Positions 1 to 10,169 of a DNA stretch of 64,000 bases are shown piece by piece (within the stretch, counting starts at the first letter, position 1; each line of letters starts with the position of its first letter). This DNA comes from Clostridia bacterium (GTDB taxonomy: Bacteria; Bacillota; Clostridia; UBA1212; UBA1255). The translations under genes were made by a program, and so were the position numbers. Where the stretch lies: assembly GCA_017620915.1 (NCBI GenBank), contig JAFZSK010000011.1, positions 4,647 to 68,646 of the forward strand, given 5' to 3'. The notes under the pieces are model-generated. The model was not told the DNA's origin, searched no databases, and saw nothing but the letters and a program-made list of their open reading frames with translations.

Positions 1-938
1 CGCAGGAGCGGTTCCGGCGGGAGGGGTACGGTATTGTCCTCGGTCCCAACTGCTACGCTTCCGACGGCTCGGGCAAAAGCAGCACTCCGCAGAACTGCGG
101 CGCAGAGGTCAATAAACTGTTCACCTCCCCCGGAGCGGACGTACTGATCTCCTGCGGCGGCGGCGAGACGATGTGCGAGGACCTGCCTTTCATCGATTTT
201 GACGCGCTCACGAAAGCCGCGCCGAAATGGTTCATGGGCTACTCGGACAACACCAACCTCACCTTCACACTTCCCGTCCTGTGCGATACAGCGGCAATAT
301 ACGGCCCCAACGCCCCCGCCTTCGGCATGGCGCAACTGCATGAATCGCTCGAGGATGCCTGGGCGCTGCTGCACGGCGAAAAACGCGAATTTCACAGCTA
401 CCCGCGCTGGGAGCGCGAGAGCCTCAAAACGCCGGAAGACCCGTTCGTACCCTACGATCTCACCGAACTGACCCGGCTGCGCACCGTATCCGCTTCGGGA
501 AGCGCGGATTACCCGGTGGAATTTTCCGGCCGGCTGATCGGCGGCTGTCTGGACAGTCTGATCAACCTGGCCGGCACGCCCTACGGCAAAGCGCCGGAGT
601 TCGCGGAAAGATATGCTTCCGACGGCATCATATGGTTCCTGGAATCGTGCGAACTCACTACGATGGGCATCCGGCGCGCGCTGTGGCAGCTCGCTCAGGC
701 GGGCTGGTTCCGCCACGTGCGCGGCTTCATTTTCGGAAGGCCCTTCATGATCGACGACCGGTTCGGAGATGAGGGACCGGCGGACGCGGTACTCGCCGCA
801 TTGTCCGGGTTTGGCGTACCTATCGTACTCGACGCGGATATCGGCCACCTGCCGCCGGCAATGCCCATGGTCTCCGGCGCCCTTGCCCGGGTCCGGGCGG
901 CGACCGGCATGCTTTCCATCGAATATTTTTTTGAGTGA
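1..938 (+). CDS. S66 family LD-carboxypeptidase (MccF-like), 5' end outside the window
   Basis: The frame is open upstream of the annotated ATG at 171 (..ISCGGGETM). It has the catalytic GYSD motif, GxLIGGCL, FLESCE and a C-terminal DIGH motif. Confidence 0.85.
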   Translation, partial: QERFRREGYGIVLGPNCYASDGSGKSSTPQNCGAEVNKLFTSPGADVLISCGGGETMCEDLPFIDFDALTKAAPKWFMGYSDNTNLTFTLPVLCDTAAIYGPNAPAFGMAQLHESLEDAWALLHGEKREFHSYPRWERESLKTPEDPFVPYDLTELTRLRTVSASGSADYPVEFSGRLIGGCLDSLINLAGTPYGKAPEFAERYASDGIIWFLESCELTTMGIRRALWQLAQAGWFRHVRGFIFGRPFMIDDRFGDEGPADAVLAALSGFGVPIVLDADIGHLPPAMPMVSGALARVRAATGMLSIEYFFE

Positions 939-943
939 AGACC

Positions 944-964
944 GGGGTCTGTCCCCCGTATAAA
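944..964 (+). repeat. Intergenic copy of the GGTCTGTCCCC repeat
   Basis: GGGGTCTGTCCCCCGTATAAA, near-identical to 63909-63930. Confidence 0.85.
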
Positions 965-997
965 TTCCTGTACAAATCGCAAAGGAAGATGTAAAAA

Positions 998-3949
998 ATG
1001 GCTGACAAAACGACGCCCGGAGCGGCGGATAAAGAGCAGACGAACACCGCGAGACCTAAAAGCAGAAATGCCGGCAGGCGGATCGCGGATATCGACTGGA
1101 AGCTTTCCGAAGACTTCAGTGTGATACCCGCGCAGACCATGCGGGGCGTGAAGCTGTGTTCAGAAGCACTGGAGATAAAAGACGAACTGGACGAAGACGG
1201 AGATATCGTGATCACGTTCAACCGCCAGATGTGCGATTCGGATGAGTATCCGGCCAACGTGCACCACGACGACAATATATTCACCCAGCAGCCCGCCCGC
1301 AACCGCATCTGGATCAATCCCGAAAAGCCTTATTCGTTTTTCCTGCCCTGCACCACGGTACTGCAGGGTACGGACGAGTCGGTGCGCCCCAGCTGGAACT
1401 GCAAGATCTGCAACCGGGGCATGCCGTGCCGGCCTGCGCTGGCCGCGTACTACAAGTACCTCATGCAGTACCACCCCGACGAATTCCGCCGGCAGCGGGA
1501 GGAGTATTTCAAGAACAAGGACGCCGTTGACGGCACGCTGAACCGCAAGCGGCCGCTGCCCGATCTGGTGTACGGCGCGGATGAATTGCCCGTGATGCCG
1601 TTTTCACGGATAAAAGATATCCGGGACGAAATTGACAACTACTCCTACGACGTGGGGTATTCGGGAGAGGCGGAGTTTCCGTTGTCCCTGACCTGCTTCG
1701 GCAGCGGCAGCAGATCTTCCGCCGGCCGCACGGACAACTGGCGCGCGCAGTCCCTCAACGCCTTCGTGGAAAACAGCCTGAACAACTCCGTGGCGCAGAA
1801 ATACTCCACCGCGGACGCCGAAAAGATGCGCTACCTGCTGATTCTGAAACTGCTGGAGAACCCGGCCGAGTACGCGGCGTACGTGGAACGGGTCAAAAAT
1901 ACCGAGACCGGCGCGCCGGACATTCAGGGCGGCAGTTACTACGGATTCGTAGCGGGCAACGACCGCCAGGAAGTCGCGCGCAGAGTAAAACAGATCGCCG
2001 AAGCCATCCAGCTCAAATTCGCGATCCCCAACACATACAGTCAGTTTTCAGCCATGGACCTGATGCAGAGCCTGGCCAAAGTGACCGATTACCCCCGCTA
2101 CAATCCGATGGTGTACGAGAGCCTGCGCGACGATACAATCTACCTGATAACGGGCCTTTCGGAATTCACCAAAGCGTACCGCTCCGCCCCGAACGATTAC
2201 GGAGATCCCGCGCGGCGCCAGGTGGAACATTTCCTGTACGAGATCTCCGAATTCAAGCTGCACCGCTTCATCCTTTTGGCGGGCACCGAGGACGCCGTGA
2301 ACGACTTCCTGTCCCTCTCACCTTCGCTGCAGATCTTCTTCAACAACAACCGCGTTATCATCCAGGACAAAAACATCGACGAGATATTTGACATGTTCAT
2401 CGAGCTGGTGCGCGACAAATTGCCCGAGCCGGTGCCGGAGGATGCCCGCGAGCAGTTTAAAGAATACTTCACGTTCAACATCAGCGCGTTCCCGTTCAAG
2501 AACCGGTCGCTGGCGGAGTACATTGCCAACTACATGATCCAGCAGAAAGCGTTCGCGTTCCCGCAGGACCTTTCGGGCGTAAAGCGCAAGAACTTCATGG
2601 AGGAACTGGATCAGCTGATCGGTCTGGAGAAGATCAAGGCCGCGGTCAAGCAGTTCTACGACTTCGCGCGCTACCGCCAGGCGGCACTGGACAACGGCAT
2701 CAAGGTCAAAGCGGGCAATATGCATATGGTATTCACGGGCAATCCGGGCACCGGCAAAACGACCGTTGCCCGCCTTATCGCCCGCGCGCTGTACGATATC
2801 GGCATTCTCAAAGAAAACAAGCTGATCGAGTGCGAAAAGAAGGACCTGGTGGGCGAATACCTGGGCCAGACGGCGCCCAAGACTTACGCAATGATCGAAA
2901 AGGCGCTGGGCGGCGTGCTGTTTATCGACGAGGCGTATTCGCTGGCCACGGGCGACCACGGCGGCAATTCATACAGCGAAGAAGCCGTGGCCACACTGGT
3001 CAAGGCCATGGAGGACAAAAAAGACAACCTGGTCATCATCTTTGCCGGCTACAAGGCCGAGATGGCGCGTTTCATCAATTCCAATCCGGGCATTGCCTCC
3101 CGCGTGGGCTACACCTTCCACTTCGAGGACTACACCGAGGACGAACTGGTGGACATGTTCTTCCTGAAGATGACCAAGAGCAAGCTGCGGGTTGACGAAG
3201 CCTGCCGCCCGAAGATCAAGCAGATCCTGCAGTATTTCCACAACGTGGAAAACCTGGGCAACGGCCGCTTCGTGGACAAACTCTACCAGCTCACGCTGCA
3301 GAAACGCTCCGCGCTGAACGACCCGGATCTGGCCCGGATCGACGAGCGCAGCATCCCCGCCATCGAAGAGATCGTCGAATTCCTGCCTAACAACGAACTG
3401 ATGATCCTGCCCGATGCCATTAGAGAGTCCGAAGGCCGCCGGGTCGCGCTGCATGAATCCGGCCATGCGTTCATAGGGCGGCTCCTCAACGCGGGCGACG
3501 AGATCGTGCGCATCACCGTGGAAACCTCTGCGGGCGGTGTGCTGGGCTACGTGCAGAACAAGCCGCAGCCGCAATATCTGCGCACGCGCGAAGACTACGA
3601 AGATTCGATCTGCGTGCTGCTGGGCGGTCTGGCCGCCGAGGAAGTGTTCCTCGGGGAGTATTCCGACGGCGGTTCCTCCGATCTGCGGTCCGCGATCGAT
3701 CTGGCCCGCCGCATGGTAGAGGACAACGGCATGTCCAGTCTCGGTTTTGCCGCTCTCTATTTGAAGGACAAGCCCGATGCTTCCGCTAATGTGATCTACA
3801 CCGAAGTTGACAATATCATCCGCAGCCAGTTCGACCGGGCGCGGACGATCTTAAACGAACACCGCGACGCGATCACCAGGCTGGCGGATCAGCTGTTTGA
3901 GAAGCGTACCGTTGACCGCGCCGAGATCGACAAACTGTTCGAGTCCTGA
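998..3949 (+). CDS. SpoVK/CbbX-type AAA+ ATPase fused to a C-terminal M41 (FtsH-type) zinc peptidase domain
   Basis: HMVFTGNPGTGKTTVAR (Walker A), GGVLFIDEAYSL (Walker B), NPGIASR and GNGRFV, followed by ALHESGHA, LLGGLAAEEV and GGSSDL. No transmembrane segment is evident. Confidence 0.85.
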   Translation: MADKTTPGAADKEQTNTARPKSRNAGRRIADIDWKLSEDFSVIPAQTMRGVKLCSEALEIKDELDEDGDIVITFNRQMCDSDEYPANVHHDDNIFTQQPARNRIWINPEKPYSFFLPCTTVLQGTDESVRPSWNCKICNRGMPCRPALAAYYKYLMQYHPDEFRRQREEYFKNKDAVDGTLNRKRPLPDLVYGADELPVMPFSRIKDIRDEIDNYSYDVGYSGEAEFPLSLTCFGSGSRSSAGRTDNWRAQSLNAFVENSLNNSVAQKYSTADAEKMRYLLILKLLENPAEYAAYVERVKNTETGAPDIQGGSYYGFVAGNDRQEVARRVKQIAEAIQLKFAIPNTYSQFSAMDLMQSLAKVTDYPRYNPMVYESLRDDTIYLITGLSEFTKAYRSAPNDYGDPARRQVEHFLYEISEFKLHRFILLAGTEDAVNDFLSLSPSLQIFFNNNRVIIQDKNIDEIFDMFIELVRDKLPEPVPEDAREQFKEYFTFNISAFPFKNRSLAEYIANYMIQQKAFAFPQDLSGVKRKNFMEELDQLIGLEKIKAAVKQFYDFARYRQAALDNGIKVKAGNMHMVFTGNPGTGKTTVARLIARALYDIGILKENKLIECEKKDLVGEYLGQTAPKTYAMIEKALGGVLFIDEAYSLATGDHGGNSYSEEAVATLVKAMEDKKDNLVIIFAGYKAEMARFINSNPGIASRVGYTFHFEDYTEDELVDMFFLKMTKSKLRVDEACRPKIKQILQYFHNVENLGNGRFVDKLYQLTLQKRSALNDPDLARIDERSIPAIEEIVEFLPNNELMILPDAIRESEGRRVALHESGHAFIGRLLNAGDEIVRITVETSAGGVLGYVQNKPQPQYLRTREDYEDSICVLLGGLAAEEVFLGEYSDGGSSDLRSAIDLARRMVEDNGMSSLGFAALYLKDKPDASANVIYTEVDNIIRSQFDRARTILNEHRDAITRLADQLFEKRTVDRAEIDKLFES

Positions 3950-3993
3950 TTCCGGGCGCTGCGCGCAGGCGGCGCGCCTTATCGACCCATAGT

Positions 3994-6234
3994 TTACTGC
4001 CGTGCGTGCCTCTCCCAGGCGCGCACGCGCTGTTTCATGCCCTCCACATCCAGTACGCCCAGCGCAAACCCTTTACGCACCAGTTCGGGCGGCACGAATT
4101 CATCGTATTTCTCAAACACCGGTACTTCTTTCGGGTACACCAGTTCCAGCGGATCCCACTCCTGCGCCGCCTCGTCGCAAACGACCCGGTAAAACTCCGC
4201 TTCATCCGCCTGCATCGTAAACTGCATATAATACGGCCGCCCGGAAGTCAGCCCCTTCAAACCCAGCCGCTTGCCGCAGCGCTGCTTCAAAAACCGCTCC
4301 AGCGCCAGAAACGCATAGCTGCCCAGCCACGGGAACAGTGCCCACATTTTACCGCCGAGATGGATCAGCGGCTTCTCCGCCATGCCGGACTTCCCGAACA
4401 GATCCCGCGCCTCCGCCAGCCGGCAGGCTGCGTGGCGCATCAGGTACGGATATTGACGGTCTTCCTGCAGCACTCCGAACATTCGCTCCAGAATGCGCGT
4501 ATGGATATCGCCGGCAACATCGCCGAAGTATGCGGGAATATTGCCCCGGACCAGCGTACAGTACACCTCACGCCGCTTGTGGTCAACTTCCTCCACCACC
4601 CAGACGCGGCCGGCAATGGCGATCTTGTCCCCTACCGGCGGCGGCTTGACGATCGTGCCGAGCTGCTCGGAACCGGAATGGACGGTGTATTCGACGTTGT
4701 CCTGGAACACCGCGTAGAAACGGTGGTCGCTCACCACGCGCTCACCCGCGAGTCCTACAATCAGGCCGCCGTTCTCCGTGCGCTGGATGTGATCAATCTC
4801 GATCAGGTGCCGCAGCAACAGCCGGTAATCTTCCTGCGTTATGCGTTTGAAACAGTTCAGTGTGAGCACCCGCGACGCCAGTTCCCCTGCCGTCATTTCA
4901 CCGCAGGATGCCAGCGTGCTCATCGTCTGATGGTACAGCAGACTGTACGGGAGCCGGTCCGTGCGCGGCGGTTCCACGAACCGTTCTTCTATGTACAGCT
5001 GTACCAGCGCGATGCCCTGTATTAGATACCAGGGCACCGTGGCCGGCAGCAACGCCCGCGCCTCCTGATGCTCCTCCCGCATCACAAACCACATTTCCGA
5101 CGGATCGCCGCGCCGGCCGGTGCGCCCCATGCGCTGCAGAAAACCGGAAACCGTAAACGGCGCATCGATCTGAAATGCGCGCTCCAGCCGCCCAATATCT
5201 ATGCCCAGTTCCAGCGTAGCGGTGGCGCATACGCTCATGAGCGACTCGTCATCCTTCATCTCGTCTTCGGCGCTTTCCCGGTATGAGGCGGAAAGATTGC
5301 CGTGGTGGATCAGGAAGCGGTCGGGCTCGTGATTGACCTCGCAATACTGGCGGAGGCTCTGACACACGGACTCGCACTCTTCGCGGGAATTGGTGAATAT
5401 CAGACACTTTTTGCCCTTCGTATGTTCAAAAATGTACCCGATGCCCGGATCCGCGGCGGGCGGCGCGCTGTCGGTGGCGGCTTCTTGCGGGAGTATCCCG
5501 CCGATATCCCCCTTGTCCTCGTCCGCCTGCGGCGCCGTATTATAAAAGTGCTCCATGCCGAGGCGCCAGATCTCTTTACCGCCGTCGAAGCGCGGGATCA
5601 CCGTGCCTCTCCCGCTGCCCGCGGCCAGGAATCTGCCGGCGGCTTCCGGGTCGCCGATGGTGGCGGACAATCCGATCCGTCTCGGCCTGCACCCCGCCAG
5701 CCGGCAGAGCCGTTCGATCAGGCAGAACGTCTGTAGTCCCCGGTCCGCGCGCAGCAGCGAGTGGATCTCGTCTATCACCACGAACCGCAGATCGCCGAAC
5801 AGCGCCGGGATCTCCATATGCTTGTTGATCAGCAGCGATTCCAGCGACTCCGGCGTGATCTGCAGTATGCCGGTTGGCTTTTTAAGCAGTTTGCGTTTCT
5901 GAGACAGCGCCGCGTCGCCGTGCCAGCGCGTTACCGCGATGCCCTCCTCCGCGCACAGTTCGCCCAGCCGTCCGAACTGGTCGTTGATCAGCGCTTTAAG
6001 CGGGGCAATGTACAGCACCCCCACGGTCTCGGACGGCTGCTCGTTCAGCAGCGTCAATATCGGAAAAAACGCGGCCTCGGTCTTGCCGGACGCGGTGGAG
6101 GCGGTCAACAGCACGTTGTCCTCCGTGCCGAATATCGCGTCTCCCGCGGCGTTCTGCACGGCCCGGAGGCTTTGCCACCCTGACCGGTAGATATAGTCCT
6201 GAATAAACGGCGCATAGCGTTCAAACACATTCAT
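3994..6234 (-). CDS. Lhr-like SF2 DEAD/DEAH-box helicase (BrxHI-like)
   Basis: Motifs TASGKTEAAF, APLKALINDQ, ITPESLE, DEIH, LSAT, TLELGIDIG and QRMGRTGRR. Confidence 0.9.
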   Translation of the reverse strand: MNVFERYAPFIQDYIYRSGWQSLRAVQNAAGDAIFGTEDNVLLTASTASGKTEAAFFPILTLLNEQPSETVGVLYIAPLKALINDQFGRLGELCAEEGIAVTRWHGDAALSQKRKLLKKPTGILQITPESLESLLINKHMEIPALFGDLRFVVIDEIHSLLRADRGLQTFCLIERLCRLAGCRPRRIGLSATIGDPEAAGRFLAAGSGRGTVIPRFDGGKEIWRLGMEHFYNTAPQADEDKGDIGGILPQEAATDSAPPAADPGIGYIFEHTKGKKCLIFTNSREECESVCQSLRQYCEVNHEPDRFLIHHGNLSASYRESAEDEMKDDESLMSVCATATLELGIDIGRLERAFQIDAPFTVSGFLQRMGRTGRRGDPSEMWFVMREEHQEARALLPATVPWYLIQGIALVQLYIEERFVEPPRTDRLPYSLLYHQTMSTLASCGEMTAGELASRVLTLNCFKRITQEDYRLLLRHLIEIDHIQRTENGGLIVGLAGERVVSDHRFYAVFQDNVEYTVHSGSEQLGTIVKPPPVGDKIAIAGRVWVVEEVDHKRREVYCTLVRGNIPAYFGDVAGDIHTRILERMFGVLQEDRQYPYLMRHAACRLAEARDLFGKSGMAEKPLIHLGGKMWALFPWLGSYAFLALERFLKQRCGKRLGLKGLTSGRPYYMQFTMQADEAEFYRVVCDEAAQEWDPLELVYPKEVPVFEKYDEFVPPELVRKGFALGVLDVEGMKQRVRAWERHARQ

Positions 6235-7559
6235 ATCGTAAACTCCGCGTATCCTGCCTCTGCCTCGTCAGAAACGGCCTCAGACTTCGCGTACGAAAAC
6301 TCATCCGATTCCAGCAGGACGGTTATGTTCATGTTTGGATTCTGGTACAGCAGATCCAGCAGTTCGATAAAGTCCCGTATTACTTCCCGCGGCGTGATGT
6401 TCTGATCCGCGCCGATGCGGCTGTACTCGATCCGGATGAAGCCGGTCAGTTCGTCCGTATTCACCGTGCGCGCATATCCGTACAGTCCCGCGTGCATGTC
6501 CGCCAGTTTCTCGCAGAGCACCAGCATCTCCTCCGCGGTGAGCGGCTCCAGCCGGATCACCGGCGCCAGCAGATCCCGCGCGCCGGGCTTAGAAAATCTG
6601 CCTTCCGCCAAGCGCGAGCGCAGCGCCTCGTAGCTGTATATGCCGCGGCGTTTGTCCTCGAGGGCCTGGGGCGTTGACCCCATGATGATGCCCAGGTAGC
6701 GCGCCTTGCCCTGCAGCGTGTCGTTGTACATCGTGAGCAGTTTTTCGTAATTGTATTGACGCGTGACCGCGTTGGGGATCTTGTAGATGTTGACCAGCTC
6801 GTCCACCATGATCATGAGCCCCGCGTAGCCGGCTCCGCGGAAAAACGCGGCAAACAGCTTCAGGTAGTCGTACCAGTCATCGTCGGATATGATAATGTTC
6901 ACGCCCAGCGCCTCTTTCGCCTCGCTTTTGAGCGCGTATTCGCCGCGGAACCAGCGCACGACCCGAGCTTTCAGCTCGTCATCGCCGTTCACGTACGCCC
7001 GGTAATACATCGAAAGCAGCCGCGCGAATTCAAAGCCGTGCACCAGTTCACTGACGGAGGCAGTCACCGCGTAGATCTTTTTATCTGTAGCCGCCGCAAG
7101 TCCGGGGTCGTCCGGGGACAATCCCGTCTCCTGCGCCGCCTCGCTCTGTACCATACTTATCCACCGGTCCAGCACCAGCGTCAACGCGCCGCCTTCGGGC
7201 TTCGTTTTAGTAGACAGATTGCCGATCAGCTCGCGGTACGTGGCGAGGCCCTGCCCTTTTGTCCCCTGCAGCCGCCGCTCCGGAGACAGGTCCGCGTCCG
7301 CCACGATGAATCCGCGGTCCATCACGTAATTCCGGATCGTCTGGAGCAGAAAGCTTTTGCCGCTGCCGTACCGTCCGACGATGAACCGGAACGACGCGCC
7401 GCCTTCCGCGATGATGTCAACGTCGTGCAGCAGCGCCTCTATCTCGTTCTTCCGCCCCACGGCGATATACGGCAGGCCGATGCGCGGCACCACGCCGCCC
7501 TTTAGTGAATTCAGTACCGTCTGCGCGATCCGCTTCGGCACTTTTTTATTCTCATCCAT
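6231..7559 (-). CDS. BrxD-like P-loop ATP-binding protein (DUF2791 family)
   Basis: N-terminal LKGGVVPRIGL..VGR, Walker A GRYGSGKS, and IMVDEL. Overlaps the helicase start by 4 nt. Confidence 0.85.
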   Translation of the reverse strand: MDENKKVPKRIAQTVLNSLKGGVVPRIGLPYIAVGRKNEIEALLHDVDIIAEGGASFRFIVGRYGSGKSFLLQTIRNYVMDRGFIVADADLSPERRLQGTKGQGLATYRELIGNLSTKTKPEGGALTLVLDRWISMVQSEAAQETGLSPDDPGLAAATDKKIYAVTASVSELVHGFEFARLLSMYYRAYVNGDDELKARVVRWFRGEYALKSEAKEALGVNIIISDDDWYDYLKLFAAFFRGAGYAGLMIMVDELVNIYKIPNAVTRQYNYEKLLTMYNDTLQGKARYLGIIMGSTPQALEDKRRGIYSYEALRSRLAEGRFSKPGARDLLAPVIRLEPLTAEEMLVLCEKLADMHAGLYGYARTVNTDELTGFIRIEYSRIGADQNITPREVIRDFIELLDLLYQNPNMNITVLLESDEFSYAKSEAVSDEAEAGYAEFTI

Positions 7560-7563
7560 GTAT

Positions 7564-9498
7564 TTACCCTCCCGTTAAACGTTCAATATCTTCTCTGTAG
7601 TCTTCCACCAGCGACAGACGGTCGTCGTCGCAGATGATGACGTTGTCCCCGATCTCGTCCGCCAGCGCCTCATTCACGGCATCCGCCACCATCGACGGCA
7701 TCAGCCGCTGCGCTTTAATATAATCACTTACATCCGTCCCGTCCAGCAGCAGCCGTAAAATGCGGAACTGCGTCTCATCCAGCGCAAGTCCGGCAGGGAC
7801 AGCAACTCCACCGGCGGATACCTGCGTCAACTTGCCCGCTACGTCTGTCTCCGGTACCGCCTGCACCGTTTCCGGTGCGGTCAATTCCCGTTTTTCCTCC
7901 TCCGTAAGCAGCCGGTCCAGCGTCACATCCGCATCCGCGCGGATCTTTTCCAGTCCCGCGGGGTCGATCCGGATATTTTGCCGCGCGGCTTCGCGCATTG
8001 CCCGCTTGTCCGCTCCGAGCACGGCGTCAATAAACGGCTCCGCCCACGCCTCCTCCGGCCGGGCTGTGCCGGGATGACCGGCCTTCAGGTATTGCCGCAA
8101 TTTCACGTCCGCGGCGTGCACGAACCCGCGCAGCCGGCTCAGTTTGAAATTGACCTTTTCGTACGCCTCCGCGCGCCAGATGCCGCCCCGGCGCCGGTAT
8201 ATGCGGCACTCGTTCAGCACATAGTCCGTATTTTCATTCCTGTTCCGGTCCAGATACACCGCGCTGGAAAGCGGATACCAGACCGCCTTGCGCCGCTCGC
8301 CGAAGCACGCGGTAAACAGATCCGTTTCGGAAAGCAGTTCCTTGTCCTCGATCCGGCAGTGCGCCGCCGCGTACCGCCATATTTCGCTGAACAGATGCGT
8401 GCCGCGCTCTTTATCGGCGGCAATGACCGGCGAAGCGGACAATTTCCTGCCGGCAAATACACACAGCGCGTCAAACACTTCCGTATCTGTGTGCTCATCC
8501 GGTTTTCGCATCACCGCCAGCGCCGCGTCGCGCTTCGGCTGTTCCGGATCCGCGAACGAAACGGTCAATTCCGGATCCAGTCCGTTCACCACCGCAAATT
8601 CGTACAGCCAGCGGTCAATATACCGGCGCATGTATTCGTTTCCGAACCCGGCATCCAGATATCCGGCTTCGAATGCTTTTATCTTCTCTATACTTTCCTC
8701 CGGCGACGCCGCGCCGATCCCGTTCAGCAGTTCATATACGTACATATACGCCGCCGAAGCCGAGATATCGGTGTATTCCCCTTTCCGGACACGCGTACGC
8801 CACGCAAAATACCCGCGCAGCTGCCGGGTGTTCATATCGTGATACGTCGGATAATAACAGAAAAACAATCCGCCGTCCCACGGCGCGTCATCTTCGTAGT
8901 CCTCCATAAACCGGCCCTGGCGGCAGAAATTCTGCGCCCGCATTTCCGGGCTCTCGCTGCCGTATTCGTACAGGCGGCGCATTTCCCGGATGCGTTCCGG
9001 TGCCGGATCTTTGGCGGCTGCCGGGACCCCGGCGCGACGCGGAAGTAAGGTGTCGGTGTATTGACCGGCCGGAACAGACAGACCGGCGCCCGCCGGATCA
9101 TTGCCCGCCGCGTTCAACATTACGGGAACTGGATCCAGCACCAGTGTGCAGCCGTATTGTCCGTTAGCTGCCACCGCCCGATCAAACAGCGTATACACCA
9201 CGTCCGGTTCGGTGCGCTCATCTAACGTGATCCCGACCCACTTTTTTCCGTACATCCGGAACGGCGGCGACAGATACGGCCGCGAAAGTTCCGCGAGCGC
9301 GCCCTCACCGCACCTCAGATCGCAGCGATCCAGTTCTTCCCCGGTCGCCGGATCCCACTCCCGCATCAGATACGCGAGCATGACCCCGGTATCCGGATCG
9401 TTAAGCGTATAGAATAACCCGGGGTCGCTGTTCCACTTCTCCTGAAGTGCCATATTATATTTATCCCGGGCATACGCCGCCAGTTCTTCCGGCCGCAC
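7564..9498 (-). CDS. TerB_N + TerB_C domain protein with an N-terminal MmcQ/YjbR-like domain
   Basis: YYPTYHDMNTRQLRGYFAWRT..YMYVYELLNGIG (TerB_N-like), C-terminal DAVNEALADEIGDNVI (TerB_C-like), and an N-terminal DLRC..SPPFRMYGKKWVGI (YjbR-like). GTG start. Confidence 0.8.
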   Translation of the reverse strand: MRPEELAAYARDKYNMALQEKWNSDPGLFYTLNDPDTGVMLAYLMREWDPATGEELDRCDLRCGEGALAELSRPYLSPPFRMYGKKWVGITLDERTEPDVVYTLFDRAVAANGQYGCTLVLDPVPVMLNAAGNDPAGAGLSVPAGQYTDTLLPRRAGVPAAAKDPAPERIREMRRLYEYGSESPEMRAQNFCRQGRFMEDYEDDAPWDGGLFFCYYPTYHDMNTRQLRGYFAWRTRVRKGEYTDISASAAYMYVYELLNGIGAASPEESIEKIKAFEAGYLDAGFGNEYMRRYIDRWLYEFAVVNGLDPELTVSFADPEQPKRDAALAVMRKPDEHTDTEVFDALCVFAGRKLSASPVIAADKERGTHLFSEIWRYAAAHCRIEDKELLSETDLFTACFGERRKAVWYPLSSAVYLDRNRNENTDYVLNECRIYRRRGGIWRAEAYEKVNFKLSRLRGFVHAADVKLRQYLKAGHPGTARPEEAWAEPFIDAVLGADKRAMREAARQNIRIDPAGLEKIRADADVTLDRLLTEEEKRELTAPETVQAVPETDVAGKLTQVSAGGVAVPAGLALDETQFRILRLLLDGTDVSDYIKAQRLMPSMVADAVNEALADEIGDNVIICDDDRLSLVEDYREDIERLTGG

Positions 9499-9531
9499 AG
9501 CGTCACCTCTCCTCCCGGACCGTACGGGCCG

Positions 9532-10125
9532 TCACAAGTCTTTTAATACTTTTACCGCCACGCCCTGTATCTCGCACGCTTCCACATAAATATCACTGAG
9601 CCGCGGATTCTCCGGATGCAGCCGTATGCGGTGCCGCGCCGGTTCGGCGTAAAAACGTTTGAGCGTAGCTTCGTTTTCGGTGAGGGCGACCACGATCTGA
9701 CCATCCTCCGCGTAACTCTGCCGCCGGATCAGCACCAGGTCGCCGTCGTCGATGCCCGCACCGGTCATGGAATCGCCGTTCGCCCGCAGTATGAAATAAT
9801 CGCCGCTGCCGAACAGCGCCACCGGGAGCCGCACGTACTCATCGATGTTCTCCTCCGCCAGCTTCGGGACGCCGCAGGCAACCTCCCCCAGCACCGGCAC
9901 ACGCACGGCCCGAGCGTCGGTGCGCATTGACGTTATGCTGCGCACGCCGGAGTAATCGATCACCCCGTCCGCGCACAACTGCGTTATATATCTGTACGCC
10001 GTTGATTTCCCGACGCCAACGCCGTCCGCCACCTCCTGCATCGCGGGTGAATAGCCGTGTTTGTCAATATAATTGCACACGAACCGTTCGATCTCCGCCA
10101 GGAGGCTCTTGTCCTTGCTCCTCAT
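9532..10125 (-). CDS. lexA: LexA-family repressor (winged HTH + S24 peptidase)
   Basis: GYSPAMQEVAD HTH, cleavage region VLGEVACGVP, catalytic GDSM and ATLKR, LHPEN. Confidence 0.85.
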   Translation of the reverse strand: MRSKDKSLLAEIERFVCNYIDKHGYSPAMQEVADGVGVGKSTAYRYITQLCADGVIDYSGVRSITSMRTDARAVRVPVLGEVACGVPKLAEENIDEYVRLPVALFGSGDYFILRANGDSMTGAGIDDGDLVLIRRQSYAEDGQIVVALTENEATLKRFYAEPARHRIRLHPENPRLSDIYVEACEIQGVAVKVLKDL

Positions 10126-10142
10126 ATACCCGTCCTCCTAAA

Positions 10143-10158
10143 TGAAACAAATGTTTCA
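10143..10158. promoter_or_regulatory. Palindromic operator, probable LexA autoregulatory box
   Basis: TGAAACA-AA-TGTTTCA, a perfect inverted repeat between the lexA promoter and its RBS. Confidence 0.7.
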
Positions 10159-10169
10159 CTTACGATCGG

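Noticed and set aside
3994-7559. Complete BREX system
   Set aside because: No pglX, pglZ or brxC is present in the window.
4006-9048. Long plus-strand ORFs (339, 249 and 356 aa) opposite the helicase operon
   Set aside because: Antisense shadows of GC-rich genes with no recognisable motifs.
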